Source of the DNA: Humibacter sp.
GTDB taxonomy: Bacteria > Actinomycetota > Actinomycetes > Actinomycetales > Microbacteriaceae
DNA: 64,000 bases
Direction: 5' to 3'
Assembly (NCBI GenBank): GCA_035564555.1
Contig: DATMTS010000093.1
Coordinates: 19,314-83,313, forward strand
A program made the translations under genes and the position numbers. The notes under the pieces were generated by a model, which was not told where the DNA came from, did not search any database, and saw only the letters and a program-made list of their open reading frames with translations. Shown here one piece after another: positions 20,313-30,347 of this stretch; positions within the stretch are counted from its first letter, which is position 1; every line of letters begins with the position of its first letter.

Positions 20313-21454
20313 GCGGCCGGTTCTCCCACCCGCGACCGGGTGTCACCGGCGTCGGTCCGCTGTGGCTCGGGCTGAACATCGCCGCGGACATCGTCATCGC
20401 CTTCGGCCTGCTCAGCTTTCTCATCGACCTCCCCGGCTACCCGCGGATCTGGTTCAGCGCGGCCGCCTGGGTCGTGCTGCTCGGCGTCGCCGTGACCGTG
20501 CAGCTCGTGGAGATGCGGCGGGCACGGCCTGCCGCGAGGCGGCTCACGCCGTTCCTGGCCGCCTGCGCCGTCGTCGTCGCATTGGACCTGATGGGCGTAT
20601 GGCGAGGCGACACGGCCGGTCCGTACCCGGCGGCCGCGGCCGCCGTCGGCGGTTTGCTGCTGCTGGCCGCCCCCTACCGACCCTCGCGTGACATCCTGAT
20701 CGCCGCCGGAGCGCTGTGCGTCGTGCTCGTCGGCTACTTCTTGTTGACGGTCGATGCCGACGGTCTCGCTCTCGGACCGCGCGTGCTGGTGCTCGCGCTG
20801 GCGGGCGTGCCGGCGATCGTCGGCACATCCGTCGCCCGCGGCTACCGCGCGATCGTGCAGGTGCAATCCGATCTCGCCCAGGCCCAGAGCGCGTCGCACA
20901 CCGGCGACGCGCTCGGCATGCTCGCGTCGGAGCAGTTGGCCCGACTCGACCTCGCCGCCGAGCGCATGCTCGACGACGTGGCCATGCAGCGCATCGAGCT
21001 GCCGCTGGACGACGAGACGGCGGAACAGGCCGCCGCACTGGCGACTCAGCTTCGGCTGCATCTGATCGAGGACCGCAAGCTGTCGTGGCTGTATCACGCG
21101 GTCACCGAGTCGACGGTACTCGACCCGATCGTCACCGTCTCCGACACCGAAGGACTCGCGGCCTCGCTGGGCGCCGCCCAACGCGACGGCCTGTTCAGCG
21201 CCCTCTGGCTCCTGGTCGGAGACGTCGACCGGCCGAACGGTCCCGTCGGCGTCACCCTCTCCCGGCCGTCGTCCGGCATGTCACGAGTGCACGAGGTCCT
21301 GATCACGATCGAGGCTGCTGGTGTGCCGTACCGGCGCGTCGACCCCGCGACGTGGCAAGCTATCTCACGAGTCGGGAGACACACGCGAAGCAGCAACGGG
21401 ACGACGATGCTCATCGAGATCGACTGCATCCCCGACACGTCCGCCGACCGTTGA
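20309..21454 (+). CDS. Polytopic membrane protein with degenerate kinase-like C-terminal domain (putative pseudo-histidine kinase)
   Basis: ATGA overlap with the kinase stop. About 6 TM helices. The C-terminus aligns by eye to the upstream kinase: LFSALWLLVGDV vs FLLALAECLENV, ITIEAAGVPY vs MVTDSGVGF, NGTTMLIEIDC vs SGTTVVLEVPK. It lacks the phospho-acceptor His, N-box Asn and DxGxG. Confidence 0.5.
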   Translation: MSGRFSHPRPGVTGVGPLWLGLNIAADIVIAFGLLSFLIDLPGYPRIWFSAAAWVVLLGVAVTVQLVEMRRARPAARRLTPFLAACAVVVALDLMGVWRGDTAGPYPAAAAAVGGLLLLAAPYRPSRDILIAAGALCVVLVGYFLLTVDADGLALGPRVLVLALAGVPAIVGTSVARGYRAIVQVQSDLAQAQSASHTGDALGMLASEQLARLDLAAERMLDDVAMQRIELPLDDETAEQAAALATQLRLHLIEDRKLSWLYHAVTESTVLDPIVTVSDTEGLAASLGAAQRDGLFSALWLLVGDVDRPNGPVGVTLSRPSSGMSRVHEVLITIEAAGVPYRRVDPATWQAISRVGRHTRSSNGTTMLIEIDCIPDTSADR

Positions 21455-21471
21455 CAGGCAAGGATCATCAG

Positions 21472-22128
21472 GTGACCGATACATCGAAGCCGATCAGAAT
21501 CGCAATCGTCGACGACCACCGGATGCTCCTCGGTGCTCTCACCCAGTGGATCCGCTCCGTCGCCGACGACATCGACATGGTGGCAGCTGTGGCATCCTGG
21601 CCGGAATTGCTGACCCATCCGGCGTTCCCCGTGGATGTCGTGCTGCTCGACCTCGACCTCAAGGACAACATCCCGGTCTCCTTGAAACTGCAGGCGTTGA
21701 AGACCACCGGCGTCAAGACGGTGCTGATGAGCACGTACTCCGAACCGCCGGTCGTACGCGAGGCGCTCAACTCGGGAGCACTGGGATACCTCGTGAAGAG
21801 CGAGGACGCCGAGATGATCGTCGAGGCGATCCGGGCCGCCGCAGCGGGCGAGTCGTTCATCTCCGCCGAACTCGACCTGGCGCTCAGCCAGCAGGAGGCA
21901 TCCGGCGCGCCGAAGCTCAGCGCACAGGAGCGCCGGGTGATGGCCCTGTACGGCGCGGGCGAACCGGTCAAGGCTGTCGCGTTCAAGCTCGGAATCTCCG
22001 ACGAGACGGCGAAGAGCTACCTCAAGCGCATCCGGGAGAAGTACCGCATCGCCGGCTACGACGTGGGAACGAAGGTGGCGCTGCGAAAGCGCGCCATCCA
22101 AGACGGCATCCTGCTGCAGAACGACTGA
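21472..22128 (+). CDS. NarL/LuxR family response regulator
   Basis: GTG 21472 in frame in ORF 20716..22128. Receiver domain (IVDDH...LLDLDL...K) plus C-terminal LuxR HTH (LSAQERRVMALYGAGEPVKAVAFKLGISDETAKSYLKRIREK). Confidence 0.9.
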   Translation: MTDTSKPIRIAIVDDHRMLLGALTQWIRSVADDIDMVAAVASWPELLTHPAFPVDVVLLDLDLKDNIPVSLKLQALKTTGVKTVLMSTYSEPPVVREALNSGALGYLVKSEDAEMIVEAIRAAAAGESFISAELDLALSQQEASGAPKLSAQERRVMALYGAGEPVKAVAFKLGISDETAKSYLKRIREKYRIAGYDVGTKVALRKRAIQDGILLQND

Positions 22129-22157
22129 TAGCGGCGCCTCCGGCGCACAATGCGGCT

Positions 22158-23429
22158 TCAGGCCCGTTCGACGACCCGGATCGCGGCCGAGTTCAATGGG
22201 ATGCCGCGGCGTCGGCGTGCTGAATCGATGGCGAAGGTCGCGCATGCCAGGGCGAGCCCGAAGGCGCTGAGCACGACGCCTACCCACACCGGCGCCAGGT
22301 AGCCGAGGCCGGCTGCGATCGCGGCCCCGCCGAGGTAGGCGCCGAACGCGTTGCCGATGTTCAGTGCGGAATGGTTGAGGGCGGCGGCGATCGACTGGCT
22401 GTCGTGCGCGACATCCATCAGACGGGTCTGGACGGCGGGCGAGATCGCCGCCGACGCCGCCCCGACCAGGAAGACCCCGACACCCAGCGCCGCGGCCGTC
22501 CGGCCGAACAGCGCGACGCAGACCAGCGCCGCGATGAGCAGCACGAAGAACGACAGCATCGTGCGCGCTACGCTCCGGTCGGCCATCCAGCCGCCGACCG
22601 CGTTGCCGAGCGTCATGCCCAAGCCGCACACCACGAGCACGAGCGGGACTGCGCCCGGCGGCAGCCGGGTCACGTCCGTCACGATCGGCGCGATGTAGGT
22701 GTAGAGCGCGAACAGGCCGCCGAAGCCGATCGCGCCGATGCCCAGCGCGAACCAGACCTGCAGACGGGTGAATGCTCGCAACTCGCGCCGGATCGTCGCG
22801 GCCGGATTCCCTGCTTGCAGCGGCACGGCCAGCAGCACGGCCACGAAAGTCAAGGCGAAGAATGCTGCGACGACGAGATAGGCCGCGCGCCAGCCCGACT
22901 GCTGGCCGATCCACGTGACCGCGGGAACACCGATCACGTTGGCGATCGACAACCCGGAGAGCACGAAGGCCACGCCCCGTCCGCGCTTGCCGGGTCCCAT
23001 CAAGGATGCGGCGACCAGCGATGCGATTCCGAAGTACGCGCCGTGCGGAAGACCGCACACGAACCGGGCGAGCAGCACCAGACCGAAGGTCGGCGCGATC
23101 GCGGCGGCGACGGTACCGACCGTGAACGTGATGAGCAGCACCAGCAGCAGCGACTTGCGTGGGAAGCGGGCGGCCGCAGCGGCGATGGTGGGAGCGCCGA
23201 CGACCACCCCGAGCGCGTAGGCCGAGATGATCCAGCCTGCCTGGGCGTTCGCGTGCGCGGGAGCCTGGGCGTACAACTGCGGCAGCAGATCCTGGGCGAT
23301 GTTCGGCAGCAGCCCCATCGCCACGAACTCGGTGATCCCGATGGCGAAGCCGCCCAGGGCCAGCGCGAGCAGGGCGACGCGGACGCGGGCCGGGGACAAC
23401 GTCGGCGGCTCGTCGAGACGGGAGGGCAT
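22158..23429 (-). CDS. MFS transporter
   Basis: 12 predicted TM helices. MFS loop motif between TM2 and TM3 (ARFPRKSLL). Substrate unknown. Confidence 0.8.
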   Translation of the reverse strand: MPSRLDEPPTLSPARVRVALLALALGGFAIGITEFVAMGLLPNIAQDLLPQLYAQAPAHANAQAGWIISAYALGVVVGAPTIAAAAARFPRKSLLLVLLITFTVGTVAAAIAPTFGLVLLARFVCGLPHGAYFGIASLVAASLMGPGKRGRGVAFVLSGLSIANVIGVPAVTWIGQQSGWRAAYLVVAAFFALTFVAVLLAVPLQAGNPAATIRRELRAFTRLQVWFALGIGAIGFGGLFALYTYIAPIVTDVTRLPPGAVPLVLVVCGLGMTLGNAVGGWMADRSVARTMLSFFVLLIAALVCVALFGRTAAALGVGVFLVGAASAAISPAVQTRLMDVAHDSQSIAAALNHSALNIGNAFGAYLGGAAIAAGLGYLAPVWVGVVLSAFGLALACATFAIDSARRRRGIPLNSAAIRVVERA

Positions 23430-23482
23430 GCGCTCAGCCTAAGCGCCCGCGGGCGCCTGGTCGAATCGATTCGACCCTTCTG

Positions 23483-23794
23483 TCAGCCGTCGCCGCGCGT
23501 CTGCAACGCCTGCTCGAGGCGCTCGACCTTGCCGGCCAATTCGCCCGTGCGGCCGGGCCGGATGTCGGCCTTGAGCACGAGGCTGACCCGGTTGCCGAAT
23601 TCTCCGACGGCCTCCGTCGCCCGCCGGATCACGTCGAAGACCTCGTCCCATTCACCCTCGATCGTGGTGAACATGGCGTCGGTGTGGTTCGGCAGCCCGG
23701 ATGCACGCACGACTTCGACGGCCGCGGCGACGGCGTCGTGCACCGACCCCTCCGGATCGGAGACGCTGGGTGCGACTGAGAATGCGACAAGCAT
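23483..23794 (-). CDS. MTH1187/YkoF-like thiamine-binding family protein (DUF77)
   Basis: ATG 23794-23792 preceded by AAGGAG. MLVAFSVAPS...GLPNHTDAMFTTIEGEWDEV...VSLVLKADIRPG matches the family core. It is the tail of listed ORF 23483..24751. Confidence 0.8.
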   Translation of the reverse strand: MLVAFSVAPSVSDPEGSVHDAVAAAVEVVRASGLPNHTDAMFTTIEGEWDEVFDVIRRATEAVGEFGNRVSLVLKADIRPGRTGELAGKVERLEQALQTRGDG

Positions 23795-23796
23795 GG

Positions 23797-25143
23797 TCAC
23801 TCCTTCGATTGTTGATGGTGCATCGGTGCCCTTTCGAGCGGCGCGGCATGCCGGGCGAACGGCCACACGTCGGCGGGCGCAGGGTCGGGTACATGCCGGT
23901 CGCCGAGCCGGGCGCTGCGCCAGAGCGCGGTAGCGGTCCAGCCCAGGATGACGAAGAACAGCAGATCGCGCACGCTCACCAGCAGCACCATGATCACGTT
24001 GGCGCTCAGCAGCCAGTTGTAGAGGTACGGGTAGATCAGCTGGGTCGATGCCGCAGTGACGGCCACCAGCACGGCGGGTGTCCGGAACGCCCGGCCGCGG
24101 TAGATCAGTCCCAGGATCACGGGAGGAGCGAGCCAGGTGACGTACTGCGGCGACCCGACCTTGTTGAAGGCGATCATCGTGGTCACGACCGCGAGCGAGA
24201 GAGTGGGAAGCACCATCAGGGGCGGCGCGCCGTGATGCATGGCCCGGATGCCGATCAGCAGCACGGTCACGACGGCGATGCCGAGCAGCGGGGTCATCAG
24301 GGCGATGGCGGTCTCGGTGTGCGCGCCGGCGACCTGGAAGGTCAGGATGTGACTGTCGTAGTAGACGTAGCTGCCCGGCAGTCTGAGCGCCGCCGCCCAC
24401 ATCCAGGGCACGCTGACCGGCGCCTCGATCTGCAGCCCACGGCCGGTCTGCTGAGTGATGAAGCTGAAGACGTTCCCGCCGCTGCCGAGGCCCAGCGCGA
24501 GCACGACGATGACGAGACTCGTCGCGACGACCGCGAGCAGCATGCGCCAGCGATGGCGACTCGCCACGATCAGACTGGCGATGAGGGCCGCCGGCCACAC
24601 CTTGATCCAGGTGGCGACGGCCAGCAGCACCGCCGCCAACCGGGGACGCAGACCCAGCCAGAGCAGGGCGACGATCACGACGGCGACCGAGACGGCATCC
24701 AGTCGTGCGATGGCGATCGGACCGAGCAGGATCAGGAAGGCGAGCCACCACCAGGCCGCCACGAGGTTACGACGCGCGCCGGTCGCCGTCAGCACGGTGA
24801 ATGCCACCGCATTCAGAACCGTCACCATCGTCAGCCATGCCCCGGCGTAATTCGCCGCGCCGGCGACCAGCGGAAGCATGATGGGCACCAGTGCGAGCAC
24901 GGGATACACCCACGGGCCGCTGATGCCGGATACGGCGAGCCCGGTTTGGGCCTGAAGGGCCCATGGCTGGTACACCAGGGTGACGTCCCCCAAGGGCAGA
25001 CCGTCGGCGTGCAGGCAGAGATAGCCCAGCACGAGATGCGTCAGCAGGAACGCGATCCACAACAGGATGCGGCTCGAGGCCACGCGGATCAGGCGCGATC
25101 GGGGTTCGGCCGGAGCGGGCGCGGGGGCCTCGTCGGTCGACAT
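23797..25143 (-). CDS. Polytopic glycosyltransferase family 87 / DUF2029-like (polyprenol-phosphate-mannose dependent mannosyltransferase-like)
   Basis: ORF 23797..25365 trimmed to ATG 25143-25141 (MSTDEAPAP...). More than 10 TM helices. Family call from overall architecture only. Confidence 0.6.
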   Translation of the reverse strand: MSTDEAPAPAPAEPRSRLIRVASSRILLWIAFLLTHLVLGYLCLHADGLPLGDVTLVYQPWALQAQTGLAVSGISGPWVYPVLALVPIMLPLVAGAANYAGAWLTMVTVLNAVAFTVLTATGARRNLVAAWWWLAFLILLGPIAIARLDAVSVAVVIVALLWLGLRPRLAAVLLAVATWIKVWPAALIASLIVASRHRWRMLLAVVATSLVIVVLALGLGSGGNVFSFITQQTGRGLQIEAPVSVPWMWAAALRLPGSYVYYDSHILTFQVAGAHTETAIALMTPLLGIAVVTVLLIGIRAMHHGAPPLMVLPTLSLAVVTTMIAFNKVGSPQYVTWLAPPVILGLIYRGRAFRTPAVLVAVTAASTQLIYPYLYNWLLSANVIMVLLVSVRDLLFFVILGWTATALWRSARLGDRHVPDPAPADVWPFARHAAPLERAPMHHQQSKE

Positions 25144-25180
25144 GCACTCAAGCCTAGCCAGCAGACCGTTCGGCCCTCGG

Positions 25181-26008
25181 TCACGCCAGCAGCGCCGCGA
25201 TGGTCGCAGGCAGGGCCTCCGCCACCTCGAGCGCGACGATCGGTCCTCCCGCCGACGCGCGCCGGGCGGCAAGACCGTGCAGCACGGCGGCGGAGGCGGC
25301 CAAGCGTGCGAGAGCGGCGTGGCCGTCTCGCGCAACGGCATCCGAGTGCGTCGCCACCAGTGCACCGAGCACTCCGCCGAGTACGTCGCCGGTGCCGGCT
25401 GCAGCGAGCCAATCGGTGCCGGAAGCGGCGCAGAACGCCTCGCCGTCCGGCGAGACGACGTGCGTCGTCGACCCCTTAAGAAGCACCGTGAGCTGAAGCT
25501 CGCGCGCCGCCTGAGCGGCCCATCTGGCCGGCTCGGCCACGATCCCGTCGACGGAGACCTGGATGCCGTGCAGCCCCAGCAACCGGGCGAGTTCCCTGCT
25601 GTGCGGCGTGACGATCACGGGCCCGGCGGCGCGTGTCGCAAGATCGAGCGCGCCGGCATCCACGACGACGGGAACAGGCTCCCCCACTGCGCGCCCCAAA
25701 CGCTCCGCCGTCCGCGCGTCGCGCTGCGCGGCATCCATGCCGGAGCCGATCAGCCACGCCTGCACGCGGCCAGGAGCCGTCACCACCTCGGGCCTGCGTT
25801 GAAGCACGAATGTGGCCGCGCGTTCGTCTCCCAGATAACGCACCATGCCGACGCCGGTGCGCGATGCCGCCTCGGTGCCGAGCACGGCGGCGCCCGGATA
25901 TGTACTCGATCCGGTGACCATGCCCAGTACTCCGCGCGAGTACTTGTCGTCGGCCGGCCCGGGCACGGCGATCCAATCGCGAACGTCGGCCTCGGTCCAT
26001 GCCTGCAT
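25181..26008 (-). CDS. ADP-dependent NAD(P)H-hydrate dehydratase (YjeF C-terminal domain)
   Basis: KYSRGVLGMVTGS, TPHSRELARL and AAAGTGDVLGG motifs of the carbohydrate-kinase-fold NnrD family. No N-terminal epimerase domain. Confidence 0.85.
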   Translation of the reverse strand: MQAWTEADVRDWIAVPGPADDKYSRGVLGMVTGSSTYPGAAVLGTEAASRTGVGMVRYLGDERAATFVLQRRPEVVTAPGRVQAWLIGSGMDAAQRDARTAERLGRAVGEPVPVVVDAGALDLATRAAGPVIVTPHSRELARLLGLHGIQVSVDGIVAEPARWAAQAARELQLTVLLKGSTTHVVSPDGEAFCAASGTDWLAAAGTGDVLGGVLGALVATHSDAVARDGHAALARLAASAAVLHGLAARRASAGGPIVALEVAEALPATIAALLA

Positions 26009-26050
26009 GCCTTCACGATAGGTTGAAAAGCGACCGAAAGGGCGCTATCC

Positions 26051-26689
26051 ATGCCGATCAGAATCCCCGACCGCGTGATCGTCTTCGATTACGGCGAGGT
26101 CATCTCGGTCACTCCCACCGAGGCGGACCGCGCGGCGCTCGTCTCCTTGGCCGGTGTCGAACCGCGCCTCTTCTGGCCGGAATACTGGCGGAATCGAGAC
26201 GCTCTCGACGAGGGCGCACTGTCGATCAGTGACTATTGGCGCGGCATCGCCGCTGCCACCGGCGCGAACTGGTCGGATGCCATGATCCACCGGCTCTGGG
26301 TCACCGACTTCCGCAGCTGGCTGAGCGCCGACCCCGGCACCCTCGACGTTCTCGTCGAATTGCGCGACGGCGACACGCGAATGGCGTTGCTGTCGAACGC
26401 AGGAGCGGATTTCAGCAGCTATTTCCGGCACGGGCCGCTCGGGGCGCTGTTCGAGGCGGTGTTCGTCAGCGGCGAGCTGGGCATGATCAAACCCGCGGCG
26501 CCGATCTTCGAGCACGTGATGCGCGAGTTGGGAATCACCGCCGCCCAGACGGTGTTCATCGACAACAAGGAAGCGAACGTGCGCGCGGCTGAGGCGCTCG
26601 GGATCACCGGACACGTGTTCACCGATGCAGCGCGACTGCGCGACTTCCTGATCGCGCTTTCCACCCGACGACAGGAGCCTCGTGCCTGA
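26051..26689 (+). CDS. HAD-IA family hydrolase
   Basis: Motif I variant VFDYGEV, motif II LLSNA, motif III/IV K...FIDNKEANVRAAEALG. Confidence 0.75.
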   Translation: MPIRIPDRVIVFDYGEVISVTPTEADRAALVSLAGVEPRLFWPEYWRNRDALDEGALSISDYWRGIAAATGANWSDAMIHRLWVTDFRSWLSADPGTLDVLVELRDGDTRMALLSNAGADFSSYFRHGPLGALFEAVFVSGELGMIKPAAPIFEHVMRELGITAAQTVFIDNKEANVRAAEALGITGHVFTDAARLRDFLIALSTRRQEPRA

Positions 26690-27770
26690 GCTGTTCGACC
26701 CGATGACGATCCGCGAGCTGACCGCCCGCAACCGTGTCTGGGTTTCGCCCATGTGCCAGTACTCGGTTCACGCGCGCGACGGTGTGCCCCGTGACTGGCA
26801 TCTGGCCCACCTCGGGTCGTTCGCGGTCGGCGGTGCCGGGGTCGTCTTCGCAGAGGCGACCGCGGTGAGCCCCGAAGGCCGCATCTCGTATGCCGATACC
26901 GGAATCTGGGGCGACGAGCACACCGCCGCTTGGCGGCCCATCGTCTCGTTCATGCACGAGCAGGGAGCGGCGGCAGGCATCCAACTGGCGCATGCCGGGC
27001 GCAAGGGCTCGACGTGGCCGGCTTGGGGAGCCGACGGCCTCAACGGAACGGTGCCGTCGGATGCCGGCGGCTGGCGACCCGTTGCTCCCAGCGCCATCGC
27101 GTTCCCGGATCCGTCCTTCGCCGTCCCCGACGCGCTTGAGAAGGCAGGGATCGATTCGGTCGTCGACGACTTCGCGGCTGCTGCCCGGCGCAGTGTGGCC
27201 GCGGGCTTCGACGTGATCGAGGTGCACGCGGCGCACGGCTATCTGCTGCACGAATTCCTCTCGCCGCTGAGCAACGCCCGCACCGACGAGTACGGCGGGA
27301 GCCTCGCAAACCGGGCAAGGCTGCTGCTGCGGGTGGTGGCAGCCGTTCGCGAGGAGATCGGCGACGGGATGCCTCTGCTCGTTCGGTTCTCGGCGAGCGA
27401 CTACGTCGAGGGCGGCTGGGACCGCGAGCAGACCGCAACGGTGGCCGGGTGGGCCCGGGATGCCGGGGCGGATCTGTTCGACATCTCCAGCGGCGGCAAC
27501 GTCACCGGAGTGCACATCCCGCTCGGCCCCGGCTATCAGGTTCCGTTCGCCGCGTACGTGCGACGCACGGCAGGAGTCCCGGTCGCGGCGGTCGGATTGA
27601 TCACGACGCCGCAGCAGGCGGCCGAGATCGTGTCGTCGGGCGAGGCCGATGTCGTGATGCTCGCCCGCGCGTTGCTGCGCGACCCGCACTTCGCCCTGCG
27701 GGCGGCACACGAACTCGGATTCGGGCTCGACTATTGGCCGCCGCAGTACGAGCGGGCGCGGTGGCGCTGA
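26682..27770 (+). CDS. NADH:flavin oxidoreductase, Old Yellow Enzyme family (YqjM/NamA-like)
   Basis: GTG start overlapping the HAD stop by 8 nt. SPMCQYS, HAGRKG, EVHAAHGYLLHEFLSP, RFSASDY motifs. Confidence 0.88.
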   Translation: MPELFDPMTIRELTARNRVWVSPMCQYSVHARDGVPRDWHLAHLGSFAVGGAGVVFAEATAVSPEGRISYADTGIWGDEHTAAWRPIVSFMHEQGAAAGIQLAHAGRKGSTWPAWGADGLNGTVPSDAGGWRPVAPSAIAFPDPSFAVPDALEKAGIDSVVDDFAAAARRSVAAGFDVIEVHAAHGYLLHEFLSPLSNARTDEYGGSLANRARLLLRVVAAVREEIGDGMPLLVRFSASDYVEGGWDREQTATVAGWARDAGADLFDISSGGNVTGVHIPLGPGYQVPFAAYVRRTAGVPVAAVGLITTPQQAAEIVSSGEADVVMLARALLRDPHFALRAAHELGFGLDYWPPQYERARWR

Positions 27771-27815
27771 ACGCCGATCGATGCTCGGCGGCGGGAAGGA
27801 AGATGCCGGAGCCGA

Positions 27816-28856
27816 CTAACGACCGCGTCGCGTCGCATCCTGCACTTCGCCGACCAGCTCCTCGATGATGTCCTCGAGGAACAGCACGCCCGTCGTCTGC
27901 CCCGCCTGATCGAAAGTACGCGCCAGGTGCGAGCCTGATCGACGCATGACGGCGAGGGCGTCTTCGATGTCGGTGCCGTCGAAGACCGAGATCAGGCGCC
28001 TGACGCGCTTGGCGGGCAGCGCGTCATGGAAAGCACCGCTCTCGAGGTCGAGCACGTCTTTCAGGTGCACGTAACCCGTCGGCTCGCCCGCGTCGTCCAC
28101 GAGCACATAGCGGGAGAAGCCGTGCTTCGCCACTGCACGCTCCACCTCGGCCGGGGTCGACTCCTCAGACAGGCTCACCAGTCCGCCCAGCGGCAGCGCG
28201 ATGTCTTTCGCCTTCTTCTCGGTGAACTCGAACGCATTGCTGAGCGCGCCGGTTCGGTCGGCGAGCACTCCCTCCCGGGTCGACTGGTTGACGATCGTAG
28301 CGACCTCATCGAGGGTGAAGGTGCTGGCCGCCTCTGTCTTCGGTTGCACCCCGCACAACCGAACCACGCCGTTCGACATCGCGTTCAACGCCAGCACGAC
28401 GGGCTTGAACACCCGCGCGAAGCCGACCAGCGGCGGGGCAAGAAGCAGCACCGCGCGATCGGGCATCGAGAACGACAGGTTCTTCGGCACCATCTCGCCG
28501 AAGACGACGTGCAGGAACGAGACGACGACGAGGGCGACGATGAAGGCGATCGTGCCGATCGCGGCATCCGGAAGGCCGGTCAGCGCAAGCGGGGCCTCGA
28601 GCAGATGGTGGATGGCCGGTTCCGAGACGTTGAGGATCAGCAGGGAGCACACCGTGATGCCCAGCTGCGTCGAGGCGAGCATCAACGTGGCGTGCTCCAT
28701 CGCCCACAGCGCGATCTTCGCCCCACGTGTGCCGCGCTCGGCCGCGGGTTCGATCTGAGAGCGCCGTGCCGAGATCACCGCGAATTCGGCGCCGACGAAG
28801 AACGCGTTGAACAACAGCAGCACGAACAGCCAGATCAGGCCCGCCCAGTCAGCCAC
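27816..28856 (-). CDS. CNNM/DUF21-CBS hemolysin-family membrane protein (no CorC_HlyC domain)
   Basis: DUF21 TM domain (FFVGAEFAVIS...GEMVPKN) followed by a CBS pair. Confidence 0.85.
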   Translation of the reverse strand: MADWAGLIWLFVLLLFNAFFVGAEFAVISARRSQIEPAAERGTRGAKIALWAMEHATLMLASTQLGITVCSLLILNVSEPAIHHLLEAPLALTGLPDAAIGTIAFIVALVVVSFLHVVFGEMVPKNLSFSMPDRAVLLLAPPLVGFARVFKPVVLALNAMSNGVVRLCGVQPKTEAASTFTLDEVATIVNQSTREGVLADRTGALSNAFEFTEKKAKDIALPLGGLVSLSEESTPAEVERAVAKHGFSRYVLVDDAGEPTGYVHLKDVLDLESGAFHDALPAKRVRRLISVFDGTDIEDALAVMRRSGSHLARTFDQAGQTTGVLFLEDIIEELVGEVQDATRRGR

Positions 28857-30222
28857 GGTTCACCTGCTCCCCCGATGCGCCTGAACGAGATGCCGTTCGG
28901 CCGGCCTCGTCCGCCCCGGCGATCGCATCCGGTGTGAACCGCAGCCGGTCGATGCGCCGGCCGTCGAGCCGTTCGACCCGTAGCGTTCCGCCGGCGACCG
29001 GCACTTCGTCTCCCACCTTCGGCAAGCGGCCGAGCTCGTTCATCACGTAACCGGCGACCGTCTCATAGGGCCCGTCGTCCGGTACGCGAACCGCGGCCCG
29101 CTCCAGGAGTTCATCGGGCCGCAACATGCCCGGGAAGGTAAGCGAGCGTGGGCCGCGCACCACGTCGGCCCGGGTACGGTCGTGCTCGTCCGCGACCTCG
29201 CCGACGAGCTCCTCCACCAGGTCCTCCAGCGTGGCGACACCCGAGGTGCCGCCGTACTCGTCGACGACGACGGCCAGCTGGTAACCAGCCCCTCGCAGTT
29301 CGCCGAGCAGCGTGTCGAGTTTCATGGTCTCCGGCACCCGTAACGCTTCGGTCTGCAAGGCCGACGCCGGCACCACCGCGCGGCGTTCGCGCGGCACCGC
29401 CACCGCCTGCTTCACGTGAACGACGCCCACGACGTCGTCGATGCCTTCGTCGATGACCGGGAATCGCGAGAACCCGGTGCGCCGCGCCAGGTCGATCACG
29501 ACCTCAGCCGACTCGGAGCGCTGCACGGTGGCCAGCCGGGGCCGTGGGGTCATCACGTCGGATGCCGTGTGCCCGGAGAACAGCAACGTGCGGTTGAGCA
29601 GCGTCGCGGTGTCCGACTCGAGCACTCCGGCGTTGGCCGATCGCAGCACGAGCGACGACAACTCCTCCGCCGTGCGCGCTCCGGACAGTTCCTCTTTGAC
29701 CGTGACACCGAACAGTCGAAGTACTGCGTTCGCGCTGCCGTTCAAAGCCAGCACCGCCGGTTTGAAGACGGCCGTGAACACGGTCTGGAACGGGATGACC
29801 AGTTTCGCCGTCGCGCGCGGCAGCGCGAGGGCGAAGTTCTTCGGCACGAGTTCGCCGAGGATCATCGAGACGAGGGTCGCGATGACGATCGCCAGCACGG
29901 AGGCGATCGGCGTGATCACGCCGGCCGGAACGCGGGCGGCGGCCAGCGGATCCGACAACAGCGAACCGATCGCGGGCTCCATCGTGAAACCGGTCAACAG
30001 CGTGGTCAGGGTGATGCCCAACTGCGCGCTGGAGAGGTGCGTCGAGGTGATCTTCAGCGCCGCGATCGTCATCGCCAGACGCGTCTCACCTCGCTCACGC
30101 CGCACCTCCAGGTCGGCGCGATCGAGGTTGACGAGCGCGAACTCGCTGGCCACGAACAGGCCGGTGCCGACCGTGAGCACGAGCCCGATGACGAGCAGTA
30201 TCCAGTCGGACACGACGCTCAC
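28849..30222 (-). CDS. CNNM/DUF21-CBS-CorC_HlyC hemolysin-family membrane protein
   Basis: ORF 28849..30324 trimmed to GTG 30222-30220 (VSVVSDWILL...). ASEFALV...GELVPKN, CBS pair, C-terminal CorC_HlyC transporter-associated domain. 8-nt overlap with the downstream paralogue. Confidence 0.85.
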   Translation of the reverse strand: MSVVSDWILLVIGLVLTVGTGLFVASEFALVNLDRADLEVRRERGETRLAMTIAALKITSTHLSSAQLGITLTTLLTGFTMEPAIGSLLSDPLAAARVPAGVITPIASVLAIVIATLVSMILGELVPKNFALALPRATAKLVIPFQTVFTAVFKPAVLALNGSANAVLRLFGVTVKEELSGARTAEELSSLVLRSANAGVLESDTATLLNRTLLFSGHTASDVMTPRPRLATVQRSESAEVVIDLARRTGFSRFPVIDEGIDDVVGVVHVKQAVAVPRERRAVVPASALQTEALRVPETMKLDTLLGELRGAGYQLAVVVDEYGGTSGVATLEDLVEELVGEVADEHDRTRADVVRGPRSLTFPGMLRPDELLERAAVRVPDDGPYETVAGYVMNELGRLPKVGDEVPVAGGTLRVERLDGRRIDRLRFTPDAIAGADEAGRTASRSGASGEQVNRG

Positions 30223-30347
30223 CGTCCCCGACCGGTCGCCGCGGGATCGCTGATGCGTCTCGAGCGGGGCGAATGGGCAGAAGGAGGGTCGTCCATTGTC
30301 TTCTCGAGTATACCGGGCGGTCATCCGCGTCCGGCATGAAGGCTTGT

